A stretch of 61,596 nucleotides of DNA, the filler included, from Stramenopiles sp. TOSAG23-2 (Eukaryota): the NCBI GenBank assembly GCA_900128395.1. It is 4 parts of 4 records of this genome, joined end to end, with 100 filler letters (N's around TTAATTAATTAA, not from the genome) between each part and the next. Parts side by side here need not be neighbours in the genome. Positions count along the whole stretch, not along the records: positions 1 to 15,350 come from LT649713.1; 3 more parts are not named here. The stretch is one strand, 5' to 3'. Below are positions 1-10,822 of the stretch, piece by piece. The notes below the pieces were generated by a model. That model was not told where the DNA came from, did no database searches, and saw only the letters and a program-made list of their open reading frames with translations. Every line of letters starts with the position of its first letter. Within the stretch, counting starts at the first letter, position 1. The translations under genes were made by a program, and so were the position numbers.

Positions 1-496
1 AAAAAAAAAAAAAAAAGATTCATTTTAGTTACAGTTTTACCTTAACCTGTAGTAGTAAGTAAATCCCGAGAGAAAAATATTGGATTTTAATAGTCCTGCC
101 CGGCCTGCTATTAATATATTACTACGTACTCACGTACCTTGGTAGCTATTTCCTTAATTTTGGCGATATTCACAAAAAACGCGTGCAGGCGCGTGCATCC
201 AGCAGCAGCTGCAAACCACGAAATTCACAAATAATAGATATATAGTTGAATAAAATATGTAGATGTATGTGTGTGTGTGTGCATTTCAGTGGGTTTTTGT
301 GAACTACAACAAGATAGATACAGTAGGAGCAATTGATAACGTAGAAAATAAATTTGATTTGATACAATATCTTCGCGGTTGAAATTTTGGAGGATCTATT
401 TATATATATATTGTCTAAACGTGTGTATATTATTGTATATCAAGGGAATTGTATATATATACATTTTTAATATTATTATTGTGGGAAAACAAAAAG

Positions 497-3400
497 ATGA
501 ATAATATATCTGTTCTAATATCATTATTATTATTTCTAATTATTAATATTTTTTCTTGTACATATGGAGCAATCAATACAGCTGATAATACCTCACCGTT
601 GGATATTGAATTAACAAAAGATTGGGAACAATTAATATCTGAAGTATGGGCTGGTATATCAACTGGTCGTATGCCACCTTTACCAGAGCCAGTTATATTA
701 GGTGATAATGATGAAGATGTTATTGATGGCGATGCTGATCCTTTGGAAATGGAAGCATTAGCAGATGAGGAAAATCATCGTCGTTCACAAGCATTTATTG
801 AAGAGATCAAGAAAAAAACAAGTATGGATGGAGATGATTTTTTAAAGAAAGATGGACGTTGTAAAGCCCTATGGGAAATAATTGAGAAGCATATTGAAAA
901 AGAAAAAGTAAATTCGACATTTGTTGAACTTGGTGCTGGAACAACTTTGTATGTTCCAGCACGTGAAGATCCATTGATGAAAAGAAATTCAGCTTCTGGT
1001 GAATCATCATCTACAGGAGGATGGATGAAGAAAAGGCACAAGAAAGATAATAAAGAAAACAAGGATGTGCTTAATTCAATTACCATAAGAGGATGTATTA
1101 GTTTAAAAGCGGCATTAGGATTAAAACGTGCAACTGTGTTATATACGGGGCATTCTCACTACCCTTTGGAAGATGGGGAAGATGATAGTAATATTAGCTC
1201 AGATAACATTTTAATTAAAGCTGATCGTACTGTACAATTAAGAAATAAATTGCAAAATCGACCACAAAATCATATTATGTGCAATGCCCCGATATCAACG
1301 GAAACAGTTGCTACATTGATTGAGGAAATGCCTGAATTATATACATATCAAATATTAACAGAAATTCGATCATTAGCGGGAAATATGTTACCACATGAAT
1401 TTGAACGATTTATTGGACAAATTTTAAGTTTAGCTACACGTACATTTTTACCAACGCCATTACCAGATGATAATTATTTTTCATATTGGAAAAATGCACA
1501 CGATTTAGCAATTGCTGCTGCTCATAGTGTTGGTTTAGATGTTGAAATCGAAGATTTGAAGAAGAAACAAACCTCATCGTTCAATTGGTATAATCGTCAA
1601 AACAACAATAAAAATGAACATAAACATTCTTTACAACCAAAATTGGATGGTGCTTTATTAATAAAATTATCGGAATGGAAGGAAACATCAGATGATAATA
1701 ACAAAGATAAGGATAAAAAAAAGAAGGAGGAAGATGATAAAAAGAAGAAAAAAGAGAATGATGATAAAAAGAAGAAAGAGGATGATAAAAAAAAGAAGAA
1801 AGAAGAAGACGATAAAAAGAAGAAGGAAAATGAGAAAAAAAATGACAAAGATAAAAAGAAAAGGCGCAGAAGGCTAAATTCCAATTGGTACGTCAACCAT
1901 TTTAATAATCATAACAACAACAAGAAGGATAAAAAGGATGACGATAGAATGAAAAAGGTGGATAATAATAAAAATACGATCTTAAAACTTGTACCAACTT
2001 TATTAAATGCAAGTGATGTAGGGATATCGTTAAAAAGTTTGAGGCTGTTAAATATCGGAGAGTTTGATCGTTCACGTATATTTTTAAATTTATTAAAAAC
2101 AGCAGATGCAAGCATTATGAAAGCAAATAAACCTAGTGAAATTCAGTTTGTTCGAGGATCTTTAATATTTGCTAAAGGGTCTTTAGGCAAAACAAATGTA
2201 CAACTAGGTGTTGATAGTGCAGAACGGGAAGAGCATCCAATTGTGAAGAATAGCATTGAGAAAGAAAAGAAAAGAGAAAAGGATGTAGAAAGTAATGATG
2301 GAAAAGATACCACACAAGATGAAGTTAGTCTAAACGATGCAACTATAGATGTCCATAGTGACGGAGAAAGTGTAGCCGATGGTACTATTCCAAGTATTAG
2401 TAGTGATAGTAGTTCAGATGAACTTGGAGAAGAAGAAGAAATGGACGATGAAGAGGAAGATGAACAGGAAGATGATAATAATATTAATGATGAAGATAGT
2501 AATAGTAACGAGGAGGATAATAACGAAAACGATGATAGTTTGAACAAAATGGAAGAATTAAAAAATCAATTATTTTCATCAATGGAAAAAGTGAAGAAAA
2601 TCAAAGAGGATAGGAATAGCCATACCATCGACGATAATAATCATGACAGCGGCAAGAAAAAATATATTACTGAATCTGAATCATTTGCAAAACCAATTAA
2701 AGGCATTCGAATTGTAGAAAAAAACACAATTAAAAGGAAACAAAAGAAAACAGTTTCAATAATGGACAATACACTATTGCCATCGTCAGCGAAAACTAAA
2801 AAAAAGAAATCCAATTTACGAAGTTATACCCGAAAAGCAAAGGCTAAAGCGAAGGGAAAAAAAGAAGAATCGCTTCAATCAGAGAATACGGAGGCAACAG
2901 ATTCATCATCAAAAAAAGCCAAGGCAACATATTCTTCAAAGAAAATTGATGAATCGTATAAAAAATTGCTAAAAGCAGCTTTATTTGAAAAAATGGATAA
3001 TGATAAATCTAAAGAAGATAACGATGCAAGTGATAGCTCAACAAATGATGATTTGAAAGATAAAGATGAATCAAGAACACGGCACCGTCAACTATTATCA
3101 ACATCGCAGCATACGAAAAAGGCAAACAAGAAATCTTCTGCATCACCAACAGATATTTTAAAACGATGGATACGGCGTCCATCCTTGCATCATAGACAGA
3201 ATAATTGGGCATCGAAAAAATTACAGGGGCAATTAAATATGGTTGTGCATGAAAACGATGGATTTGAACGTTGGTGGCCTTTGTTTAGAAGTAATGAAAT
3301 TGAAAGTAGCAAAGGGAAGCGAAGGCGACGTGTTACATGGTCCATTGTTGTCCATGGAGAAAACTTAGGTTTGTTAAGTACCAAATTAGCATTGATGTAT

Positions 3401-5950
3401 CCAAAATCGACGATAGTTAGTGTGAAGGATGATACCAATGATATGAATGCACATTTACAATTATTAGAACTCTTGGGCATACATAATAACATATTGTGTA
3501 ATCAACGAACAAAGTCTATCGCGAGCGCAGATAGTGAAAACAAAGGTAGTCATAATATTATTGCTCGTTACGGCATTCTTGGTATGGATATTTTTCAAAG
3601 TATTATGCAATACGCAAATCATTTAGATAAATTTGAAAAAATGTTAGGATCATTAATTAGTGTTGCTGCTACTACTTTCATGGAATTACCAAATTGGGAT
3701 GGACTTACTGCCGCTATAGATACCATCACTGGTAACGAAGATGCCGAAACAAGCATTTCTAAAACATTTACGGCAAAATATTTGGATATTGCATCAAATC
3801 GTGGCAGTGCAGATCCATGGGTTGGTCTATTGAGTGCTGCAGCAAGTCAAGCAGGTTTAAGCGGCGTAACGATGAGAATGTTATCTAGTAATAAAAACCG
3901 AAAACTATCCTCGAGCAATTCAGTTCTAGAAAAAGTTAAATATGCCATTTTTAGACGTCTTGCAAAACGAAATATTAGAAAAAAAGGCAGCAAAGGAGCT
4001 GGGCCGACGGGCTATAAGAAAAAAATACAACGTTCAGGTAAAGTCAATTTAGTCCGTATTGACGTAGAACCATGGGCAAAGAAAGGAGAGGAAACAATAC
4101 AACGTTTCCAGCATGGTGGAGTATCTTTAGCAGCATTGAAAAAATTTGGAATTATACCAAAACAATTAGCACAAATATTTAGATTATTTATGCGCCTACC
4201 AATGCACCAAATAGAGAAAAAAGAAGGATCTTCAGCAGTTATTGCGCCGTGGAACACGTATTACCACGGGAGTGGCGGTGGTTACCGATCGGGATTTCCT
4301 CGAGTTGTAGTGTCTTTTGAAAAATCTGGTGCTTCGTATGAGGCATATTATGTACCAGAAAATGAAGAAGCGGAGGAAGATGCTGCAAAATTAGTTGACC
4401 CAAGATGGAGTACGATTGAAAATGCATTGACTAAAGAGGATGTAGGCGAAGATGGGGAATTTTCCTATTTGGAATTTAACAGTGGGAGTGGTTTACTAAG
4501 TTTATCTGTTGCTGAGAAATATCCAAGCGCAACAGTTATATCTGTTGAGTCTGAAAAAGTAAACGTAGCAGCACATTTGAAGAGAATCAAAATTTTAGGT
4601 CAAAGTCAAGTTAATAATGCAGGAAAGAAGAAAAACAATAATGAGAAAGGTGAAATCGATGCAGAGGAAGAGCACCAACTTGCGAAGGTAGCAGCAAATA
4701 ATTGGGTGTGCAACGTGGATGTTGGATTGGATTTGTTAAGGAAATTATACGAAAGTCCAGAATTCATACGGTGGCAAGTGTTTGGAGGCAATTTAGTTTT
4801 AGATCACATGTACGATAGTAATGGACCAGATGCAATGAAGGAAGCACTTGGTTACGTCATGTCCACAGGGATGACCACCTTTTTAAGTCTTCCATCTGCA
4901 CAAGCATTATCATTAGGCTTGTACATGTTCTATCATGCTGATGATGATATGGGAACTATTCGTAGAGATGAAGATAGTGTTGATTTCTCATTGTCATCAC
5001 ATCCAAGGCCACGATATATGCAAGCAGAAATGCAAATTATTAGTTCCATGGCTAAAGTTCCAGGGAGTACAAAATTATCAATGCAATCATTGCCTGGAGA
5101 CGTATTAAACATGGTTCGTGTAGATATTGTTAATATGACTAGAAGCGTCAATCATCATTTTGATTATGCAAAAGATGGCCATCAGCGTAAATATAAAATG
5201 CACGTGGAGCGTAATGTGTCATCTGTTTTATACAAACATGGAGTTGTAGATCAAGATGATGGCAATCGTAATAGTCTACAAATAGTCCGATCAAATATGA
5301 AAGAAGGCCAGCATTCAAATCGTGGTATGGTTATTGATGTTTACATAACGCGCCAACATGATAAATGGCATATTCCTTACGGACAATTGTATGGAATTAC
5401 ATTAATTACCATCCTTCGTATGGGTCTTGTTGATAGCCAAAGAACGGCTGCGTATCATCGTTTTGTAAATTTACCATTATACGAAGACATGGCGCCGTGG
5501 AATATCGTTTTCCAAGGCTCTAGAATGGCTTACATCGATTATGATACGAAAGATGTTACATATGACCGTGTGGTGCCATTGACCTATCGCGTTTTATCCG
5601 TACTTTTCAATTACAAGCGTACTGTTGAGGATTTCAAACGTTGCGGTCCATCTTCACATAATTCATATGGCTTTCCTCATATCAATAGTTGCGTTGGAGG
5701 AAAAATAAAAACAGATTTTGTACGCAATGGAGGTAAAAAATGCGAAGAGAGCAATGCCCCTGTGCCATGCGGTGATGGGTCTTGCCAAAGTGATTATATT
5801 TCATGTTTAAAAGTGTTGTCAAAGATGGAGCGTACCAAGCGTAAACGTGCTGCGCCTAAAATTACAAAATCATCCTTGCTAGAGATGTGGCGTAAAAAAG
5901 AGTGGACATTTTCAAACAAAGGTGTTGTTAAAAAGCGCATGAGAAGTTAG
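497..5950 (+). CDS. Large secreted/type II membrane protein (1817 aa) with three tandem modules, each a degenerate class I SAM-methyltransferase-like domain followed by a kinase-like C-lobe segment; Cys-rich C-terminus
   Basis: The ORF is uninterrupted; the first ATG at 497 gives a hydrophobic leader MNNISVLISLLLFLIINIFSCTYGA. Motif-I-like segments: STFVELGAG, SIVVHGENLGLLS..LALMYPKSTIVSV and FSYLEFNSGSGLLSLSVAEKYPSATVISVE. The last module has EDMAPWNIVF...YIDYD. K/D/E low-complexity linkers separate the domains. Confidence 0.7.
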   Translation: MNNISVLISLLLFLIINIFSCTYGAINTADNTSPLDIELTKDWEQLISEVWAGISTGRMPPLPEPVILGDNDEDVIDGDADPLEMEALADEENHRRSQAFIEEIKKKTSMDGDDFLKKDGRCKALWEIIEKHIEKEKVNSTFVELGAGTTLYVPAREDPLMKRNSASGESSSTGGWMKKRHKKDNKENKDVLNSITIRGCISLKAALGLKRATVLYTGHSHYPLEDGEDDSNISSDNILIKADRTVQLRNKLQNRPQNHIMCNAPISTETVATLIEEMPELYTYQILTEIRSLAGNMLPHEFERFIGQILSLATRTFLPTPLPDDNYFSYWKNAHDLAIAAAHSVGLDVEIEDLKKKQTSSFNWYNRQNNNKNEHKHSLQPKLDGALLIKLSEWKETSDDNNKDKDKKKKEEDDKKKKKENDDKKKKEDDKKKKKEEDDKKKKENEKKNDKDKKKRRRRLNSNWYVNHFNNHNNNKKDKKDDDRMKKVDNNKNTILKLVPTLLNASDVGISLKSLRLLNIGEFDRSRIFLNLLKTADASIMKANKPSEIQFVRGSLIFAKGSLGKTNVQLGVDSAEREEHPIVKNSIEKEKKREKDVESNDGKDTTQDEVSLNDATIDVHSDGESVADGTIPSISSDSSSDELGEEEEMDDEEEDEQEDDNNINDEDSNSNEEDNNENDDSLNKMEELKNQLFSSMEKVKKIKEDRNSHTIDDNNHDSGKKKYITESESFAKPIKGIRIVEKNTIKRKQKKTVSIMDNTLLPSSAKTKKKKSNLRSYTRKAKAKAKGKKEESLQSENTEATDSSSKKAKATYSSKKIDESYKKLLKAALFEKMDNDKSKEDNDASDSSTNDDLKDKDESRTRHRQLLSTSQHTKKANKKSSASPTDILKRWIRRPSLHHRQNNWASKKLQGQLNMVVHENDGFERWWPLFRSNEIESSKGKRRRRVTWSIVVHGENLGLLSTKLALMYPKSTIVSVKDDTNDMNAHLQLLELLGIHNNILCNQRTKSIASADSENKGSHNIIARYGILGMDIFQSIMQYANHLDKFEKMLGSLISVAATTFMELPNWDGLTAAIDTITGNEDAETSISKTFTAKYLDIASNRGSADPWVGLLSAAASQAGLSGVTMRMLSSNKNRKLSSSNSVLEKVKYAIFRRLAKRNIRKKGSKGAGPTGYKKKIQRSGKVNLVRIDVEPWAKKGEETIQRFQHGGVSLAALKKFGIIPKQLAQIFRLFMRLPMHQIEKKEGSSAVIAPWNTYYHGSGGGYRSGFPRVVVSFEKSGASYEAYYVPENEEAEEDAAKLVDPRWSTIENALTKEDVGEDGEFSYLEFNSGSGLLSLSVAEKYPSATVISVESEKVNVAAHLKRIKILGQSQVNNAGKKKNNNEKGEIDAEEEHQLAKVAANNWVCNVDVGLDLLRKLYESPEFIRWQVFGGNLVLDHMYDSNGPDAMKEALGYVMSTGMTTFLSLPSAQALSLGLYMFYHADDDMGTIRRDEDSVDFSLSSHPRPRYMQAEMQIISSMAKVPGSTKLSMQSLPGDVLNMVRVDIVNMTRSVNHHFDYAKDGHQRKYKMHVERNVSSVLYKHGVVDQDDGNRNSLQIVRSNMKEGQHSNRGMVIDVYITRQHDKWHIPYGQLYGITLITILRMGLVDSQRTAAYHRFVNLPLYEDMAPWNIVFQGSRMAYIDYDTKDVTYDRVVPLTYRVLSVLFNYKRTVEDFKRCGPSSHNSYGFPHINSCVGGKIKTDFVRNGGKKCEESNAPVPCGDGSCQSDYISCLKVLSKMERTKRKRAAPKITKSSLLEMWRKKEWTFSNKGVVKKRMRS

Positions 5951-6407
5951 AGAAAGTTATACCGTATAGGGAGAGTGTGTATATTACGACCCCGTACATG
6001 ATAAAAAATGAAATGTGTACAAAGTACGCTCGTATATATATATATATATACGAAGTATATAATATATATATAGAGTATGTGCGTTGTGCGTGTAAATTTA
6101 CAATAAGGATAACTTGGTATACACGTGTACGAAGCACGTAACTATGAATACTATGCATACTATGCATATCATATGTATCATTAAAATAAAATATAATCGG
6201 AACCATATTACGTACATAAAACGTGTTTTTTATTACTGGAATTAAATACAAAATTTACACTTCTTTTAATGTGCAGAGACGAGAGACGAGATTATTTCTA
6301 AAAAAGACAAACACACAACACATATCATAAATATATATAGTTGTTGTAACTACGAATTCGTATATTATTGTTTATCTTGCTTCTTTTGCTTTCTCCAAAT
6401 TTGAACA

Positions 6408-7016
6408 CTACGTATTGATTTTCCAACGCTCATCGCCACCATTATGAGTGCTTAATGATACATCATTCATAGTATGTTCTAACATAGCTTTCTCCTTTCG
6501 ATCTACATTCATTGGTTCCTTCCATGACATTCGAGGGGGATTTTCGCATTCCTCCCGCTCAATACACGCAAGGCATTTTTCATTATCTAAATGAAAGCCT
6601 AAGCCACCCTTATCATTGGATGGTGGAAATACAGTCATATCTATTCTATCAAAAAGTCTGCCAATAGTTCGGCACTGTGTACAACAATCATTACCAAATA
6701 TACCTACACAAGCAGTTCTAAATTTCTCTTCATTTTCAGCTTCCGGCAATCTCGCAACTAATTCTTGACACCATTCATGATCTCCCCACGCAACAGCATA
6801 TGTGTGGCCCATCGTTCCATCATGTGCCAGTTTATTTGCTGTGAAAGCTGCTATATATACTTTATTTCCATTGTAGCAAGTCCTATCTGCTTCTTTTACA
6901 GCTGTACATTCAGGCCCAGGTCCTAGTCGTTGTTGATTAAGGCGGCTAGAAGTTGGCTGTGCATACAGAAATGCCAACGTTATTACCATGATATGTTTAA
7001 AATTGCAGTACACCAT
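6408..7016 (-). CDS. Hypothetical Cys-rich secreted protein (about 202 aa), copy 1
   Basis: The first ATG is at 7016 (the ORF-track start is GTG). There is a short hydrophobic leader (IMVITLAFLYA) and about 10 Cys including CCTQC and CLAC. GC content is higher than the flanks. Confidence 0.6.
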   Translation of the reverse strand: MVYCNFKHIMVITLAFLYAQPTSSRLNQQRLGPGPECTAVKEADRTCYNGNKVYIAAFTANKLAHDGTMGHTYAVAWGDHEWCQELVARLPEAENEEKFRTACVGIFGNDCCTQCRTIGRLFDRIDMTVFPPSNDKGGLGFHLDNEKCLACIEREECENPPRMSWKEPMNVDRKEKAMLEHTMNDVSLSTHNGGDERWKINT

Positions 7017-7678
7017 GATTTTTAATCTTGTTATATATTTACTTTTGTACACATACAGATATGTAGTACTTTAACAAGATGTATGTATTCGAATAATTAT
7101 TGTATATATATTTTTGCTATGATGTGGTATTATTGCTTGTGTTGTTATTATCATGTTGTTTGTTTGTTGTTTTTTTCCCCACTACCAGGAGGAAAAGAAG
7201 GAAACCTCTGGTGCTCTGCTGATGGAACTACGCGTAATATCCACAGGCATCACACACCAGGTAAATATATTAGATAACAGTGTATTATATTAAAATAGCA
7301 GCAGTTAAAACTACTATTGATAAAATAATACTATGGATATACTATTAATATTGTATAAATACAAATACACTTTTCACACTCCCCAGCCTCCGTCCAGCTT
7401 TAATTTAATAGCACATCAATACGTTCTTGTTTGTAGTTTTGTACAGTAGTATAGTATGTATTATATTATTATACTATTAATATTACAATATATACTATCA
7501 ATAAAAAGCAACGACAAAAACATCATACATTCTTTGAACAATTTAATGTTTTCCATAACATTAAAGAAAAGCGTAACAAGTTAAATGTAATGAAAAGCTA
7601 CTACTCCGTTATAGTTCCAAACACAGCTGGACAGCAGCCAATGCAATTAATTATCATCTACTTTGATCGAATACAATA

Positions 7679-10600
7679 ATGAATAACAATAACATAAAAC
7701 GCAAATTAACAAGGAGAAAAATAGCAAAGAAAAGCCGTAATAATAATAATAACAATGTAATAACAAGAAATTTCTTATCTCGACCCAATCCATCACTACC
7801 TAAAACATCAGCTGTAAATAGTCCATATTCATCATCGCAATCGTCTACAACAAAGTCTTCTTTACCAAAACGGCCAAAGGGAAGTAAACGGAGAGGCCGT
7901 GGTATCTCAAACAATAGGAAAAATCGAATTCATAATCCATCATCAGTTCAACAAAGACGTTTGCTTAATGATAACGAAATATGTGTAGCGTTTCCCGTTG
8001 TAGAAACGTTTTTGAATAAAATAGGCATTGATAAATTTTATGATATTGATGTATACGAATTTTGTAAAGCCGATTCTGAAGGTCTGGTAAGTTTAAGTGA
8101 TTTACAAAGTTCATTAAGTAAACATGAAGTTTATTGTTCCATGCCTTTTTTAAAGCTTCTGAAAAGTGTTATTTTTGGTGCTGCTGGAGACATTGCATTA
8201 GACGCTATTCTATTTGATTGTGGTCAATTAATAAATGTAGTAAATCAACTTGATACCTTGCAAGATGAAACAATAAGCATATTGCAACAGATTGGACAAA
8301 ATGAAGACGATGGTAATGATTTCGATATCAACTTTGAAGCAATGCTAAAAACGTTTGCACAAGAGACAGAAGATAGACGAAAACAAATGGATAAAAAAAT
8401 ACCAAAAAATAATCAACCCTTTATTACCAAGCCAGCGGCATCGCGCCAAACAATAAGTCCTATTACCGTCAAAAAAAATTTTATACGCCCCACAAGTCCA
8501 ATATTGTCCGATGCCATCAATCTTACGTCGGATGATTCAGCCTTGTTGCAACAAATGTTAAATAATTTTATACTACAAAGACAGCAAAAGGAAATGTTGT
8601 TAAAGGAATTAAAAATCCAACTCCATATTTTACAATCGGCTGAAAAAGAACATGTTTCACTAAATAATAAAAGAAAAAGACTGCAATATTTAAAAGGCGA
8701 ATATGAACAATATACTGATCTGTTAGAATGGGAAAGAAGAAATGAAAAAATCAGAAAGCATATGATTACACGAACACATGCAGCAAACAAAATAAAGGAA
8801 AAATCCATGCGAAACACTAGAGAAGTTATAAAGCATTACAATAATGCAGATGTATTGCAACAACTTCAAAAGGCAGAGCAAGAATTGTATAAAATCAAAA
8901 AACAATTATCGAATTGTCAAAAAAAAGTATATTCAATGATAGATGCACAAAATGATCGATTGAAAGAACGCCTTGAGGAACTACAAGATGCATTAGTTGT
9001 TCGTAAAATGAACAAAATCAGCGAACAACGACGGGAAGACATAGCAAATGGTGTTTATTTCGATACTGAGAAACTCCAAACAAAATTACGTAATTTCGAT
9101 GCAACAAAGGCTAGATTGTTACTAAATAAGAAATGGGATTACCATCAAGGAGTTATAAATAAATTGTTTAATGTCACGGGGACGTATGAATTGGAGTCTA
9201 TGATGTCTAAAGTGTTAAACCAGCAAAATGAATCTAAACGGTTAGAAAGAGAGAAATCTGATTTAAAAGAAAAAATATCATCGTTAGAAAAAAAGAAATT
9301 AATGTGGAAAGAGTATTACGATTCGATGCGATTTGGGACTGAAAGTGATATTGAGGATAAACACCCAATTAGGCGGAAAAGGACAAAAAAATCAAAGAAG
9401 CAGAAGAAAAATACAGATGTTGTCCAAGAAAGCGACCAGGCAAAGAATGATGATAATGTTATGCCAGCTGGAATAAATTATGAAGTTCGTATTGAAGAAG
9501 TCGCAAATAAAATACGGAAGGAAGAAAATAGAAGTGAAAAGGCTTCGGTAAAATATACTAAGTTAAGGCAAATTGTTGCAGAAATGACCATGCGTATACA
9601 ATCCATGATGTTGTCATTTGAAGTAAATACGAAAGAAGTTGATGTTTTATTGAAATCTATCGAAACGGATTCCGATTTTAGTCAACATGGACAATATTTA
9701 GCGGAAGAAGTTGTGGAAGGCTTGGAAAAATCTATTTTCGCTTTGAATAAAATCGCAGAGAAAAAAGTTAAAGCAAGTGCTAACGAGGAAGAGTTATTTT
9801 TGATGATGATGAATGAATTTGAATCGGAAAATATTGGTGAAGAAAATGCAACTGTGAAAAATCCAGTCACTGAAATAAAACCAGCAATAGATGCAGACAA
9901 TGTTTTAAACCAAGTTGAAAAGTTGAAAATTATAGATCAACATAATAGTGATAGTGTTCAACAGAAAAGCATCTTAAAAAAGAAACATATAGGCATTATA
10001 TCTGTTAAGGATTTACATATGTCCGCAAGACAAGAAATGATCAAAAACTCGCCTAACATTACCCAACGACAAGCGAATAAAACAAATAATAATCACCATC
10101 AAAGAAATACAGTATCACAAATAGGATCAGTCGGTACAAGTATTGTTGATTATATATCATTGCTTAGACTAGCACCAGATTTAAATTATATGAAGTTGAA
10201 GGCTCCGTTAGGTCAGAACATACGAGTAACTAGTACTGTGGTTGATCAAATTAATGTAAAAGCTCGCCATGCAGCTGTCTTTACATTAATACGTAACATT
10301 AATGGATTGTTAAAGAAGAGGAAAATCACTGCATCAATTTTATTCAGGAAAATTGATAAGGATGAAAGTGGTTCTATTTCTAAATCAGAATTATGGGATG
10401 GGCTGCGAGAATTAGGGATAAAATGGAGGAAAACCGATTTTGATTTACTATATGAACGTTTTGATAGCGATGGAGATGATAGCATCAATATTGATGAATT
10501 TCTCAGAATAATTGATCCTGATCATAAGGAAGTATTAGTTTTAGAAAAACTTACAATTGATGATGTTGTTATCATTAAAAACCAAGAACATAAAAAGATA

Positions 10601-10786
10601 CACCAAAAAGTAATACACCAAACCAAGAAAAAAATAAGATCCACATTGAATAAAGAAGAATGGTTAGAGGAAACGAAAGATTATAATATTAAAACATTAA
10701 GGAATGAAATTAAATTAAAATCTGCAAAACGTGTACGAAAGGAAATGAAAAAAATAGAGAAAGAGAATGCATTGTTGCATTGGTAA
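7679..10786 (+). CDS. Coiled-coil protein with a C-terminal EF-hand pair (1035 aa); the central coiled coil resembles outer dynein arm docking complex subunits (CCDC151/CCDC114 type), copy 1
   Basis: EF loops DKDESGSISKSE and DSDGDDSINIDE are present. The long heptad region includes KLFNVTGTYELESMMSKVLNQQNESKRLE, reminiscent of the conserved ODA-DC segment. Confidence 0.65.
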   Translation: MNNNNIKRKLTRRKIAKKSRNNNNNNVITRNFLSRPNPSLPKTSAVNSPYSSSQSSTTKSSLPKRPKGSKRRGRGISNNRKNRIHNPSSVQQRRLLNDNEICVAFPVVETFLNKIGIDKFYDIDVYEFCKADSEGLVSLSDLQSSLSKHEVYCSMPFLKLLKSVIFGAAGDIALDAILFDCGQLINVVNQLDTLQDETISILQQIGQNEDDGNDFDINFEAMLKTFAQETEDRRKQMDKKIPKNNQPFITKPAASRQTISPITVKKNFIRPTSPILSDAINLTSDDSALLQQMLNNFILQRQQKEMLLKELKIQLHILQSAEKEHVSLNNKRKRLQYLKGEYEQYTDLLEWERRNEKIRKHMITRTHAANKIKEKSMRNTREVIKHYNNADVLQQLQKAEQELYKIKKQLSNCQKKVYSMIDAQNDRLKERLEELQDALVVRKMNKISEQRREDIANGVYFDTEKLQTKLRNFDATKARLLLNKKWDYHQGVINKLFNVTGTYELESMMSKVLNQQNESKRLEREKSDLKEKISSLEKKKLMWKEYYDSMRFGTESDIEDKHPIRRKRTKKSKKQKKNTDVVQESDQAKNDDNVMPAGINYEVRIEEVANKIRKEENRSEKASVKYTKLRQIVAEMTMRIQSMMLSFEVNTKEVDVLLKSIETDSDFSQHGQYLAEEVVEGLEKSIFALNKIAEKKVKASANEEELFLMMMNEFESENIGEENATVKNPVTEIKPAIDADNVLNQVEKLKIIDQHNSDSVQQKSILKKKHIGIISVKDLHMSARQEMIKNSPNITQRQANKTNNNHHQRNTVSQIGSVGTSIVDYISLLRLAPDLNYMKLKAPLGQNIRVTSTVVDQINVKARHAAVFTLIRNINGLLKKRKITASILFRKIDKDESGSISKSELWDGLRELGIKWRKTDFDLLYERFDSDGDDSINIDEFLRIIDPDHKEVLVLEKLTIDDVVIIKNQEHKKIHQKVIHQTKKKIRSTLNKEEWLEETKDYNIKTLRNEIKLKSAKRVRKEMKKIEKENALLHW

Positions 10787-10822
10787 AAAAGGAAAAGAGG
10801 TGTTTTGTGTGTGCGTATATAA

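Noticed and set aside
1-16. Leading poly-A as a retroelement tail
   Set aside because: It is at the contig edge with no associated element or TSD visible.
1597-2547. Minus-strand Phe/Ser/Leu-rich ORFs, and similar antisense ORFs throughout the window
   Set aside because: They are shadows of K/D/E/N low-complexity codons in the real genes on the opposite strand.
7083-7277. 64-aa Cys/Tyr-rich ORF (also at 11562-11756)
   Set aside because: It derives from TG/TA-rich sequence in a divergent promoter region and has no coding signature.
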